From: Candidatus Cloacimonadales bacterium
Lineage (GTDB): Bacteria; Cloacimonadota; Cloacimonadia; Cloacimonadales; JAIOQZ01
Assembly (NCBI GenBank): GCA_963662655.2
Contig: CAXXTU010000002.1
Location: 3,424,001-3,488,000, forward strand
Direction: 5' to 3'
DNA: 64,000 nt
The notes under the pieces were generated by a model that worked only from the letters and a program-made list of their open reading frames with translations, did not search any database and was not told the origin of the DNA. A program made the position numbers and the translations under genes. Positions 1 through 9,666 of the stretch are shown one piece after another (within the stretch, counting starts at the first letter, position 1; every line of letters begins with the position of its first letter).

Positions 1-1033
1 CCCGAGTGTCTTCCTTGTTCGCTTTCTTGATCGCGATATCCTTCTCGATAACGGCCTCGGCGAGCTCGAAACGGGTTTTGATCAGCTCGATTCGATCGAA
101 GATGGTCTCGAGCTTGGTTGATTTATCCATGATGTGCGCGGGAGTAATGATCTTGCCCAGGTCGTGCATCCATCCCGACATGCTGATTTCGCGCATTTCG
201 TCTTCGGTGAAATGCCTGTCCTTGTAGTGGCCGGAGCTATCTTCCTGGATTTTATTGGCGATCGCTTCCGTGAGCCGTGCCACGCGTTCGATGTGACCGC
301 CGGTGTATTTCGATTTCCGGTCGATTGCGCCTGCAATCGAGCGGATGAACTGGTCCAAAAGGGTTTCGAGGCCTTCGATGAGCTTCTTGTTGGTCATGGA
401 GATCGCCGCGAAGGACGCCAGTGCGTTGAGCATCGCCATGTGCTCGTCGGTGAAGCTGATGATTTCCTCGTCCTCGTTCATGGCGTTGATGAGCTGAACG
501 ACGCCGAGAATCTCCTGCTCGTGATCTTTCAGGGGAAAGGCGATCATCGATTTGGAGCGGTAGTTGTTGGCCTTGTCGACCTTTCTCGTTCCGCTGTTGT
601 CGAAGATTTCCTGGTGATAAACGTCGTCAACGCGCTGGGCGGTTCCCGTATGCGCGACGTAGGTGGCCATGTTGCGGAGCTGCTTGGTCCCGTCTTCCTG
701 GTAAAGCGGAATGCTCGGCCATGTGATCGGGCCGTATGTTCCGCCCATGCGCAGGTTCATGGTGCGGTTGTAGACCACGCGGAAATCGAGGAACGCCTTG
801 TCTTTCGAGACGGAGTAGATCGTCGCTCCATCTGCGCTGGTGTAGGAGAGCGCTTCTTCGAGGATCATATCGAAGATTTTATCCAGACTCGTCTCGGCGG
901 AGAGTGCGATTCCGATTTCGCGCAGGCGGTCGATATGAGAGAGCTGATCGCCTGCAAATATATTGATCTGGTCCTGTATCTCGGCCAATAGCTTTTTTAC
1001 TTTCAGATTTGTGCTGTAATCACTGCCAGTCAT
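1..1033 (-). CDS. GAF domain + HD-GYP-type phosphohydrolase (probable c-di-GMP phosphodiesterase), truncated by window edge
   Basis: Not in the ORF track because it runs off the left edge. Hand-translated from ATG at 1033 (SD GGAGG upstream): MTGSDYSTNLK...IGIALSAETSLDKIFDMILEEA...YRSKSMIAFPLKDHEQEILGVVQLIN (GAF)...AIDRKSKYTGGHIERVA...GWMHDLGKI (HD). Confidence 0.85.
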   Translation of the reverse strand, partial: MTGSDYSTNLKVKKLLAEIQDQINIFAGDQLSHIDRLREIGIALSAETSLDKIFDMILEEALSYTSADGATIYSVSKDKAFLDFRVVYNRTMNLRMGGTYGPITWPSIPLYQEDGTKQLRNMATYVAHTGTAQRVDDVYHQEIFDNSGTRKVDKANNYRSKSMIAFPLKDHEQEILGVVQLINAMNEDEEIISFTDEHMAMLNALASFAAISMTNKKLIEGLETLLDQFIRSIAGAIDRKSKYTGGHIERVARLTEAIANKIQEDSSGHYKDRHFTEDEMREISMSGWMHDLGKIITPAHIMDKSTKLETIFDRIELIKTRFELAEAVIEKDIAIKKANKEDTR

Positions 1034-1171
1034 GTTTCAACCTCCAAAATCCATTGACAACGGTTTTATATAGCATTTATCTATACCGTAATATGGTAAG
1101 ACGATGTATGATGAAGTCAAATAACGAAATGAAGTCACGGTGGTTTGTGTCAATCATTTTAAGGAGGTATC

Positions 1172-1708
1172 ATGAAAATTAAGGTGGAAAACGCCCTGTT
1201 CGTGATGATCGATGTGCAAGAAAAGTTCCGACCGGTCATTCACGAGATCGATGCTGTCATACATAACTGCGGCGTTCTGACCAAGGCTGCGGGTCTCCTT
1301 GGTGTCAGGCTGCTGGTTACGGAGCAATATCCTGAAGGCTTGGGGCGGACGATGCAGGAGATCGAGCTATCTCCCGAAACGAAGGTGTATGGTAAAACCA
1401 GTTTCAGCATCTTCGACGATTCGATTCGCAAGGACATCTGCCGGATGGATGCATCGTGGATCGTTCTCTTCGGGATCGAGACGCATGTGTGCGTCATGCA
1501 AAGCGCGATTGAAGCGATCCAGTGCGGCTTGAACGTGATGGTGGTGTGCGACGCTGTTAGTTCGAGAAAGTCTTACAGCAAGGAAGTCGCATTGCAGAGA
1601 ATGAGGCAGATCGGCTGCCACGTGGTTACGACCGAGATGCTGTTGTTCGAACTCATGGAGGGGGCGGATCATCCGGCATTTCGCAAGATATCGCGTCTGA
1701 TCAAATGA
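1172..1708 (+). CDS. Isochorismatase-family hydrolase
   Basis: IDVQEK, TEQYPEGLG, KTSFS, GIETHVCV motifs; SD AAGGAGG. Confidence 0.9.
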   Translation: MKIKVENALFVMIDVQEKFRPVIHEIDAVIHNCGVLTKAAGLLGVRLLVTEQYPEGLGRTMQEIELSPETKVYGKTSFSIFDDSIRKDICRMDASWIVLFGIETHVCVMQSAIEAIQCGLNVMVVCDAVSSRKSYSKEVALQRMRQIGCHVVTTEMLLFELMEGADHPAFRKISRLIK

Positions 1709-2310
1709 AGTTCGACACGATTATCCTGGCAGCCGGCAAGTCGAGCCGGATGGGGCAAGACAAGGCTCTGATGGAGGTTGACGGCAGCGCTTGTGTCGAT
1801 ATCCATCTGGAAAAGCTAATGCAAGTGAGTGACCGAATCATTGTTGTTCTGGGCGGTAATTTCGATAAAGTAAATGCTTGGATCAGTCAAAATCATGCAG
1901 GGAACTCACGCATTCTCCCCGTATTCAACGCGCAGCATGAGAGGGGGATGTTTTCGTCCGTGCAGGAGGGATTCAGGCATGTGAGTGACCATCGTCCCAT
2001 TCTGCTCCAGATGGTCGATCAGCCCGGCGTGCCGCTACAAGTTTACAAGCAGCTCGCAAGATGCTGGGATTCGCAATACCGTATCATGCAGCCGGGGATC
2101 ATGAAGGATGGTCAGATGCAGAAAGGGCATCCGCTGGTTTTTCATCCTGGAATGATCGAGATGATTCTGCGCGCGTCGCCCGATTCCATTCTCCGCGATA
2201 TTGTAGACGGGGAGGATAGCCGTGTAGTCGAGGTTGATTTCCCCGGCATTTTACAAAATCTCAACTCACCTCGGGAAATGAAAACTCAAGGCGTGAGCAG
2301 ATTCGTTTGA
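1705..2310 (+). CDS. Nucleotidyltransferase (MocA/MobA-like NTP_transf_3)
   Basis: IILAAGKSSRMGQDKAL, GMFSSVQEG, DQP, GHP motifs; ATGA overlap with upstream gene. Confidence 0.85.
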   Translation: MKFDTIILAAGKSSRMGQDKALMEVDGSACVDIHLEKLMQVSDRIIVVLGGNFDKVNAWISQNHAGNSRILPVFNAQHERGMFSSVQEGFRHVSDHRPILLQMVDQPGVPLQVYKQLARCWDSQYRIMQPGIMKDGQMQKGHPLVFHPGMIEMILRASPDSILRDIVDGEDSRVVEVDFPGILQNLNSPREMKTQGVSRFV

Positions 2311-2328
2311 TGGGCGAAGATGCCACGT
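2291..2328 (+). repeat. Minimal copy of the GCAGA/AAGATGC hairpin element family (opposite orientation to the other three)
   Basis: gcgtg-a-GCAGATTCGTTTGATGGGCGAAGATGC-cacgt; arms match the reverse complements of the arms at 58520/58620, 60724/60824 and 7549/7657. Confidence 0.65.
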
Positions 2329-2394
2329 CCGTGAATATGCCCGTGCTCTGTTGCTCCGCTTCTTCTATTTTATAAGTTTCTCAAGGTTCGGCAA

Positions 2395-2874
2395 TCAATC
2401 ATCCAGATACAGGAAAACAGCGCCTTCGTTTTTTCCATCGTTGATTATACTGTGAAATGCCTCATCCATAATCTCCGAATAATCTTGAGTATCCAGGTAA
2501 CGGGCAGTCAATTTCACTTTGTTGTCATCCGAAATACGAATTTTAACGTAGTTATATACGTATCCTTCGCCGATAGGATTATCGATGAGCTTTGATTCCG
2601 AGCAAACAATGAAACCGTTTGGGTTGCCCATCATCATGGGAGCGAAGTATTCAAAAACATCCAGGTCCATACCGCCGATGGCATTGGGGGAGTATGACTT
2701 CACTTCATTGTCGCTAATCAATTCACATTCGGCATAGTGAATGATAACACGTACTGTGCTACCGCCCTCCAGCGCTTCAAGCATATCGGCGAAAGTGGTT
2801 ATCTGGATCATTTCAGCGTGTAATGCGCCAAATCCCAGACAAAGGATTGCGAAAAAGAAAATAGTGATTTTCAT
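2395..2874 (-). CDS. Secreted protein, VirK-like
   Basis: Signal peptide (MKITIFFFAILCLGFGALHA), then 'MLEALEGGSTVRVIIHYAEC', a pattern resembling the VirK family; SD AGGAG. Confidence 0.5.
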   Translation of the reverse strand: MKITIFFFAILCLGFGALHAEMIQITTFADMLEALEGGSTVRVIIHYAECELISDNEVKSYSPNAIGGMDLDVFEYFAPMMMGNPNGFIVCSESKLIDNPIGEGYVYNYVKIRISDDNKVKLTARYLDTQDYSEIMDEAFHSIINDGKNEGAVFLYLDD

Positions 2875-2886
2875 AAAGAATCTCCT

Positions 2887-3882
2887 TTATTGTCGTTGTA
2901 GCATTTGTTCAATGTTTTTCATGACCGTCTCCGGCGAAATGCCAAACCGATTTCCGTCGTCCTTCGGATGATCTGGAACGTACAGGCAGCGGTAGTTTCC
3001 CAGGGGTTTCGGGCACCAGTTTATCGGGTTGGTGTTCCCGAAAATCGAGAGCGCCGGTGTGCCGGTGGACGCACACAAGTGATTGATACCTCCGTCGTTG
3101 CAAACAAGGAGCTTTGCGCGCGTCAACATTGCCGCACCCTGATTGAAATCGGTGGGCGGAGCGATAAGGGCGTCGCGCTTCATGTGCGAGATAACCCCGT
3201 TGACGTCATCCATTTCCCTCGGGCCCCATAAAATCACGACCGGCAACCCGAGTTTCTCGATGATCATATCAGCCACCTGCGCGTAGTTCTCCAGACGCCA
3301 TTTCTTCTTCGGAACCGGACTTCCCGGAGAGATGCACACGAAATCGGTGAGGTGGTTCTCTTCAATCCATTGATCGATGTATTGAAACGATTCGTCTTTG
3401 ATGTGGTAGTGGAGCTTGTAGGGTTCTTCATCTATTCCGAGCGGTTTGAGAAGATCGAACTTCATGGAGGCGGAATAGCGATTTTCGCCAGGCAAAACGG
3501 GGATATTGTACATGAAGGCCACCCGACTATTCGCCCAGCCCAGTCTGTATCGAGCCATGCTGAACATGGCGATCTGTGCGCTTCCCGTTCCTCGCATCTG
3601 GTCGATGACAATATCGAACCTCCTTGCGAAAACACGGGCAAAAACCTTGATCCTGGATAGAACATATCCCATCCCCTTGCCCTGCTTGAAAACCATCACT
3701 TCGTCAATATGTGGATTGTTCTCAAGCACCTTGTGGAAGGGCGTTCTCGCCAGGAACACGATATGGGCTTTCGGGAATTTCTTGCGCAAGGCTGGTAGAT
3801 ATGCGGTGTTGAGCAGGATGTCGCCAAAAGGCTCGAATTGGATAACGAGTATCTTACTGATTTCATCGATCTTGATGGGCAC
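2887..3882 (-). CDS. Glycosyltransferase family 9 (LPS heptosyltransferase-like)
   Basis: KILVIQ..FGDILL, PGSPVPKKKW, NDGGINHL motifs. Confidence 0.9.
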   Translation of the reverse strand: MPIKIDEISKILVIQFEPFGDILLNTAYLPALRKKFPKAHIVFLARTPFHKVLENNPHIDEVMVFKQGKGMGYVLSRIKVFARVFARRFDIVIDQMRGTGSAQIAMFSMARYRLGWANSRVAFMYNIPVLPGENRYSASMKFDLLKPLGIDEEPYKLHYHIKDESFQYIDQWIEENHLTDFVCISPGSPVPKKKWRLENYAQVADMIIEKLGLPVVILWGPREMDDVNGVISHMKRDALIAPPTDFNQGAAMLTRAKLLVCNDGGINHLCASTGTPALSIFGNTNPINWCPKPLGNYRCLYVPDHPKDDGNRFGISPETVMKNIEQMLQRQ

Positions 3883-3883
3883 G

Positions 3884-4297
3884 TTACCTCCTGATCATAA
3901 CGCGGTATGCCGCTAGATCGGTCTTGAAGCCATACTTCTGATAGATATGTCTTGCCGGGGCGTTGTCTTTGTGAACTTCAAGCTTCATCTGCATTTTCAT
4001 TTCATCGGCGTAGCGAATTGCATCCTGCATGACGATCTGTCCGTAACCTTTTCCCTGCATTTCGGGAAGAACAGCCATGTGGTGCAGGTAAAGCCGTCGG
4101 GCGTCATTGGTGATCCACGCCGTTCCGACGGGTTTCTCGCCTTCCATCAGAATGATGATGCGTCCGCCGTGGTCGAGAGTTTTCAAAACCAGATCGTAGG
4201 TGTCCCCGCGCTCGGGGCGTCCCACGCCGGTGAGTTGCCAGATATTGGCGATATGATCGAAAAGCTCGGGATTGATATCGTGGATTATCGTTGTCAT
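3884..4297 (-). CDS. GNAT acetyltransferase
   Basis: HMAVLPEMQGKGYG acetyl-CoA motif and N..A..IYQKYGF; start moved to MTTIIHD behind AAAGGA. Confidence 0.85.
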   Translation of the reverse strand: MTTIIHDINPELFDHIANIWQLTGVGRPERGDTYDLVLKTLDHGGRIIILMEGEKPVGTAWITNDARRLYLHHMAVLPEMQGKGYGQIVMQDAIRYADEMKMQMKLEVHKDNAPARHIYQKYGFKTDLAAYRVMIRR

Positions 4298-4307
4298 GCT
4301 CGTTCCT

Positions 4308-4805
4308 TTAGAGGTGTTCGGCAAGGAGAATCTCTTGCTCGGGGTCGATCCAGGCGTGCTTGACTTCCCCGGCGAAGATGGTGTGGTCGCCGGTACGAAC
4401 CTGCGTGATAATCTCGCACTCGAAATTGCATACGGCTTCCCTTATAATGGGTAGCTTGGCAAGCCTTCCCGGGAATACGCTGTGTTCGCACTGCTCGAAT
4501 TTATCGATGTCGCGTCCCGATTTCGAGCCACAGAGGATCGCAAAGTCGCGCATTTTCCTCGATGCCATCACGAGATTGAAATGCTTTGTTTTCTGCAGAC
4601 ACTCGTAGCTGTATCGGGTGTGTCCGATGGAAATAGCGAAAACGGGCGGCGAGATGGATGTCCGCATGAACCACTCCAGCGTGATGGCGTTACACTTGCC
4701 GTCGGGCGTTGCGCATACTGCCAGCGCGATTTTTGCCGGGTGCTTGGAAAGCTTGATTGCTTCCGCAATATCGGTTCTTTGCATAAGCAGCTCCTTGTAT
4801 GACAA
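4308..4805 (-). CDS. Flavin reductase family protein
   Basis: SISPPVFAISIGHTRYS, CGSKSGRDIDKF, GDHTIFAGEV motifs. Confidence 0.88.
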   Translation of the reverse strand: MSYKELLMQRTDIAEAIKLSKHPAKIALAVCATPDGKCNAITLEWFMRTSISPPVFAISIGHTRYSYECLQKTKHFNLVMASRKMRDFAILCGSKSGRDIDKFEQCEHSVFPGRLAKLPIIREAVCNFECEIITQVRTGDHTIFAGEVKHAWIDPEQEILLAEHL

Positions 4806-5008
4806 TCATTCAAGCACGGGGTGCGTTGTAAACAATTTTCTCATCCGTTCCGGTACTTAGAGATACGGGTCGAACAAAGAAAACCGTCTTGCTCCGCATG
4901 AAAATTCTTGCATGTTATTGAATCGGTTTGTAAGGTTGGTTATATGTACGTAAGGAATGAAATTTGCTCTTGATACGACAAAAAAACGCACCACAAGGAG
5001 GGATCTCG

Positions 5009-7504
5009 ATGCGAGTATGGATGTCTTTGCTGATTGTAGTCATGGCTGTAAGTCTCTTTGGACAGACTTATGTGATAGATGAAGGCTTTGAGGGCGGAGC
5101 TCTTCCTGAAAACTGGACCCAGGAATATATGAACGGCAGCCTCGATTGGGCGTACGATTCCGGGGGGCATAACGGACACCCGGCAGCAGCCCACACTGGA
5201 GATTACAATGCTCTTCTATATTGGGATGATACCGATGCCGTTACAACCCGCCTGATTACACCTGCCTTTAACATTTCCGGAAGCAGCTCAACGCTCAAGT
5301 TCTGGCATACGCAAGCGCTCTGGGAGAACGATCAGGATGATCTGAACGTATATTTCCAGGCAGATGCCGTTAGCGATTGGGTTATCATTGCCAGCTACAC
5401 GGAAAGTATAACGGAATGGACCGAGGAAGAGATCACACTTCCCGAAGGCTCCGGAACAAGTCGCATCGCATTCGAGGGCGTGGCAAAGTATGGATGGGGC
5501 GTTTGCCTGGACGATGTCACGATTGAAGCGCTTGGACCAGAGTACGAACAAGACCTAATGGCCGTAACCGTCACCGGCGATGCCAATCCCTCTGTTGGCG
5601 ATCCTTATGAATATTTCGTGACGGTCAAGAACGTCGGTTCGGAAACGCAAAGCGATTTCCTTGTGCAACTTACCGATGAAAGCGGCAATGTTATTGACGA
5701 AGTTGATGGTAACGAGCTCGCCTACAACGAAGAGGAAGTCTATGAACTGGAGTGGACACCGGAAGAAACGGGAAGCTTCACGCTTCGCGGAAATGTTGTT
5801 TTGGACAACGACGAGAATCCCGGAAACAACGCGACCGTTTTATTCCCCGTTACCGTGCATCCGTACGGAACCATTGTGATAAGCGTGGGCGAGGGAACCG
5901 ATACCAGCTACCGGATTCCGGTCAATGTGTTCTACAAATCGAGCCTGACAGAAACGATGTACTACCCGGATGAGCTTGCGGTCGAGGGTGAGATCAACGC
6001 GATCGATTACTACAATTCCTTCACGAGCACCGTCCCCAGCGTGCCGGTAACCATCTGGATGGGGGAGACGGAATTGCCTTCCCTGGCTGGCGGATGGATT
6101 CCCGCCGATGAATTGACTCAGGTGTTTTCCGGTGTGATAACATTTCTCCCGGGAGAGAACACGATCAATATTCCGCTGCAAGATTCATACTACTATTCGG
6201 GCGGAAACCTTGTGATCATGCTTCTCCGTCCATTCGACGACGACTACTATGAGACGACCGATACCTTCTTCGTCTCGGAAGACCCGGAAAACTACCCAGA
6301 TCGGACAATTCGCTGGCAAAGCGATACGGACGAGAACGATCCGTACGATCCGGACACGGGGACTCTGGATGATAGATTCCCCAACACTACGTTTTATTTC
6401 ACCGCCGGTTCCGCGACGGGTATCATGGGAGTTATCTCCGACCAGAATGGAAATCCTGTCGGCGGTATTGAAGTATCGCTCGACCAGACAAGCGAGGTAA
6501 CGACGACCAATCCGGAAGGATTCTTCCAGTTCTACGGCCTGGACGACGGAACATATTCCATCAGCTATGCGAAGGATGACTATTTCGAAGGGTCGGAAGC
6601 CGATATCGTATTGGGGGACGGCGAGATGATTCAGCTCGAGCTGGATATCATGGAGAAGCTGGACATCGATTTTCAGATTGCCGTCAACACGGAAGAATAC
6701 GCAGGGATCATGATAACCGGCGTAACGTCCGACGGGCTGTACGCTTTCGAGGTCTATACGGACGAGACAGGGGCTGCAACGGTAAACGACGTGTATCCCG
6801 AATACTACAACCTTTACGCATCCAGAATGGACCTTACAGAGTGGACGCTGAACAACGTGCAACTTTTCAGCAATCTCGATGTCAATATCAACATGAATGA
6901 ATCGATCATGCCTCCGCACAATCTTTCTTGCTCGACGGAAGGCGTGTTTGTCTGGCAGTCTCCCTACGAACAGCTCGTGAGGAATTCTTCGGGTAGCAAA
7001 GTAATTGCTGGAAGCCGTTATCTGCAAGAATACAATGTGTATCTTGACGGCGAATTTGTCGCCTCCACCACCGATACGACCTACACGTTTGATCCCGAGA
7101 CACTCGTGATCGATCAATCCTATACTGCCAGCGTGTCCGCCGTGTTTGAGAACGGGGAATCGGAACGTGCGGAGGTGGATTTTGTATTCGAAGGCGTGGG
7201 CGTGAGTGATTCTCCGGACGTTGCAGTTGCGACGGGAATTAAGGGAATCTACCCCAATCCGTTCAATCCCGAGACGAACATCGAGTTCTCTCTGGACCAA
7301 CCCGGTCAGGTGGTGCTGGAAATTTTCAACGTGAGGGGCCAGAAGGTGAAAACGCTGGTGAAATCTCCTTACGATTCAGGCAGTTTCAGCATCCGGTGGA
7401 AGGGACAGGATGATGGCGGAAAGGCGGTTTCAAGCGGGATTTACTACTTGAGAATGACAGTGGGGAATCGACAGGATATCCGCAAGATGATGCTATTGAA
7501 ATAA
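5009..7504 (+). CDS. Secreted multidomain protein (MAM/adhesin-like, CARDB, carboxypeptidase-regulatory-like, FN3-like, C-terminal FlgD-Ig/T9SS-type tail)
   Basis: Signal peptide MRVWMSLLIVVMAVSLFG after SD AAGGAGG; EGFEGG...LDDVTI; VTVKNVG...DENPGNN; ends IYPNPFNPETNI...IFNVRGQKVKTL...VSSGIYYLRM...RKMMLLK. Confidence 0.8.
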   Translation: MRVWMSLLIVVMAVSLFGQTYVIDEGFEGGALPENWTQEYMNGSLDWAYDSGGHNGHPAAAHTGDYNALLYWDDTDAVTTRLITPAFNISGSSSTLKFWHTQALWENDQDDLNVYFQADAVSDWVIIASYTESITEWTEEEITLPEGSGTSRIAFEGVAKYGWGVCLDDVTIEALGPEYEQDLMAVTVTGDANPSVGDPYEYFVTVKNVGSETQSDFLVQLTDESGNVIDEVDGNELAYNEEEVYELEWTPEETGSFTLRGNVVLDNDENPGNNATVLFPVTVHPYGTIVISVGEGTDTSYRIPVNVFYKSSLTETMYYPDELAVEGEINAIDYYNSFTSTVPSVPVTIWMGETELPSLAGGWIPADELTQVFSGVITFLPGENTINIPLQDSYYYSGGNLVIMLLRPFDDDYYETTDTFFVSEDPENYPDRTIRWQSDTDENDPYDPDTGTLDDRFPNTTFYFTAGSATGIMGVISDQNGNPVGGIEVSLDQTSEVTTTNPEGFFQFYGLDDGTYSISYAKDDYFEGSEADIVLGDGEMIQLELDIMEKLDIDFQIAVNTEEYAGIMITGVTSDGLYAFEVYTDETGAATVNDVYPEYYNLYASRMDLTEWTLNNVQLFSNLDVNINMNESIMPPHNLSCSTEGVFVWQSPYEQLVRNSSGSKVIAGSRYLQEYNVYLDGEFVASTTDTTYTFDPETLVIDQSYTASVSAVFENGESERAEVDFVFEGVGVSDSPDVAVATGIKGIYPNPFNPETNIEFSLDQPGQVVLEIFNVRGQKVKTLVKSPYDSGSFSIRWKGQDDGGKAVSSGIYYLRMTVGNRQDIRKMMLLK

Positions 7505-7527
7505 GTGAAGTATCGCGAAGCGAGGAT

Positions 7528-7692
7528 GATCGACAGCTCGAGCTGAGCGCATCTTGGCCCGATCTCTCCATCGACGTATAACAACACATCTATCACCGCG
7601 CTGGGGATGTGCATCAGCGCACTTGTCGATGTGTATGAATACGTCATCGGGAGGAGATCGAACCAACCTGCATCTCAGGTTGAGCGTCGGTT
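7528..7692 (-). repeat. Divergent long copy of the hairpin element family
   Basis: Arms GCATCTTGGCCCGAT (7549-7563) and ATCGAACCAACCTGC (7657-7671); nested stems GACGTAT/ATACGTC, ACACATC/GATGTGT, GCGCTG/CAGCGC; outer stem GCTCGAGCTGAG/CTCAGGTTGAGC. Confidence 0.7.
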
Positions 7693-7898
7693 GTTTTCCG
7701 ACGTGAAAGTGGTCCCCGTGATTCATTTCTAGCAAGCATCGTGTGCTGTAGACAAGTTTGACTTGACATGATAAGGAATTTCCACAGATTATATACGTGA
7801 AAACATTTTCGCTTTGATCGGAAAATCTGAAACATGGCGGAAGCAAGAAAATTTACCTGATTCACATGAAGTAATCCATTTGTCGGAAGAGGTGTGCA

Positions 7899-8672
7899 AT
7901 GGATGCGGAAGAGAAAAAACTCTGGCAATTATATCGCAAGACGGGTAGGCACGAGCTCATGGAGGTCATCGTCGAGAAGTACCTTCATATTGTTCATTAT
8001 CTTGCGAACAAGCTGAGTATCTTTTCTTCCGGTACGCTGGATCGCGAGGATTTATACAGCGCGGGTGTCATCGGGCTTATCGAGGCGATGCAGAAGTTCG
8101 ATCCTGAGCGCGGATTCGAATTCCAGACGTTCGCGACCATCCGGGTTCGCGGAGCGATCATCGACGAGATACGCAGAACCGATTGGGTTCCTCGCTCGGT
8201 GCGCAAGAAATCGAAGCGGATCGACGCGGCGATTCATGCGCTTTTCAATTCGCTGGGCCGTATGCCCACGGACGAGGAAATCGCGGAAGAGCTCGATATG
8301 ACGATCGAGGAGTACTACCAGATCACGGACAATCTGGGGCCGCTTTTCCTTGCGTCTCTGGACGCGGTGGTTCCCACCGACGGAGAAGGTAATGCCATGC
8401 ACATTGCCGACGTGATCGAGGACCCCTCGGAGAGCAGCGCTGAAGAGAAGTATCTGCAACAGAACCTCAGGAAGCGTATCAGCGATGCGATCAGCGAGCT
8501 CCCCGACAAGGAGAAGCTGGTTGTCGCTCTGTACTACTACGAGGAACTTACCCTGAAGGAAATCGGTATGGTGCTTGATGTGACGGAATCGCGGGTATCG
8601 CAGATGCACTCCTCGGCTCTCATGAAATTGCGCAGCGTTCTGAAGAATGTGAAACTGAAGGACCTTTATTGA
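7899..8672 (+). CDS. fliA: RNA polymerase sigma factor, FliA/WhiG (sigma-28) family
   Basis: EDLYSAGVIGLIEA..KFDPERG..FQTFA.IRVRGAIIDEIRRTDWVPRSVR; LYYYEELTLKEIGMVLDVTESRVSQMH. Confidence 0.9.
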   Translation: MDAEEKKLWQLYRKTGRHELMEVIVEKYLHIVHYLANKLSIFSSGTLDREDLYSAGVIGLIEAMQKFDPERGFEFQTFATIRVRGAIIDEIRRTDWVPRSVRKKSKRIDAAIHALFNSLGRMPTDEEIAEELDMTIEEYYQITDNLGPLFLASLDAVVPTDGEGNAMHIADVIEDPSESSAEEKYLQQNLRKRISDAISELPDKEKLVVALYYYEELTLKEIGMVLDVTESRVSQMHSSALMKLRSVLKNVKLKDLY

Positions 8673-8676
8673 TCTC

Positions 8677-9546
8677 ATGGTCGATATTCAGGAAATCACC
8701 CGACACATCATCTCCCTGCCAGCGCTGCCGACTATCGTCGCCAAACTTCTGGAGATGATCGACAATCCCAAAACATCAGCAGCGAAGCTCGCCAAGCTTA
8801 TATCATCCGACCCGGCATTGACCGCTCGCATCCTCAAGCTTGCAAATTCATCGTACTACGCTTTCACCAATCAGATCAAGACGGTCCAGCTCGCCATCTC
8901 GCTGCTGGGTTTCAATACGATCACCAACCTTGCGATCGGCCTGTCGCTTTCCAAGCGTTTCAACACCGAGTATCGCGACGACGATTTCGATCGGATGCGT
9001 TTCTGGGAGCACTGCCTCGCGGTAGCGATCGTCGGAAAGCGCTTCAGCGAGGATTTTAAGGTCGGAGTCCCCTCCGAAATCTTCACCATTGGGATCTTGC
9101 ACGACATCGGGAAGCTAATCATCCACGAATACCTGCATCCGCGCTATCTGGAGATTGAGAAGCGCAATCGCGATCGAGGAGAAAACTCCCGCTTTGCCGA
9201 GCTGGAAGTGATCGGCGTGGATCATACGCAGATCGGAAGTTGGCTCTGCCAGAGCTGGAAGCTGCCGGTCGATATCGAAAACGCGGTTGGATTCCACCAC
9301 GAGCCCGAGAAGCAGCTAACGGACGAAACGGCCATCATCCACTTTGCGAACGGCATTGTGAACTGCATTGGATATTGCTCGCCTGCCGTCAGGCATTCCA
9401 GGGACGAGATATCGCCGGTCGCTGTGGACTATCTCAAAATCGCAAAAGTGAAAGACGATACGATCGACTGGGAATTCTATTTCGGGCTGGCAAAGGAAGA
9501 GATCGAGCAGGCTAGCGATTTTATCTCCATCCTGAATGCTGTTTGA
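8677..9546 (+). CDS. HDOD domain protein
   Basis: LPALP, ISSDPALTARILKLANS, FWEHCLAVA, GILHDIGK, DHTQIG.WL..SWKLP. Confidence 0.92.
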   Translation: MVDIQEITRHIISLPALPTIVAKLLEMIDNPKTSAAKLAKLISSDPALTARILKLANSSYYAFTNQIKTVQLAISLLGFNTITNLAIGLSLSKRFNTEYRDDDFDRMRFWEHCLAVAIVGKRFSEDFKVGVPSEIFTIGILHDIGKLIIHEYLHPRYLEIEKRNRDRGENSRFAELEVIGVDHTQIGSWLCQSWKLPVDIENAVGFHHEPEKQLTDETAIIHFANGIVNCIGYCSPAVRHSRDEISPVAVDYLKIAKVKDDTIDWEFYFGLAKEEIEQASDFISILNAV

Positions 9547-9666
9547 TCTGCCGAAATAAAATTATTTTTTCAGCGAAAATCACCAGCGTCCTTGACAAAC
9601 TTACCCCCTGCTGTATTTCACACCCGTTCAGTTCAATACAATGACAGGAAAAGGAAACAGGTTGCA

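Noticed and set aside
134..991. 285-aa plus-strand ORF
   Set aside because: Antisense shadow of the minus-strand GAF/HD-GYP gene; no motifs.
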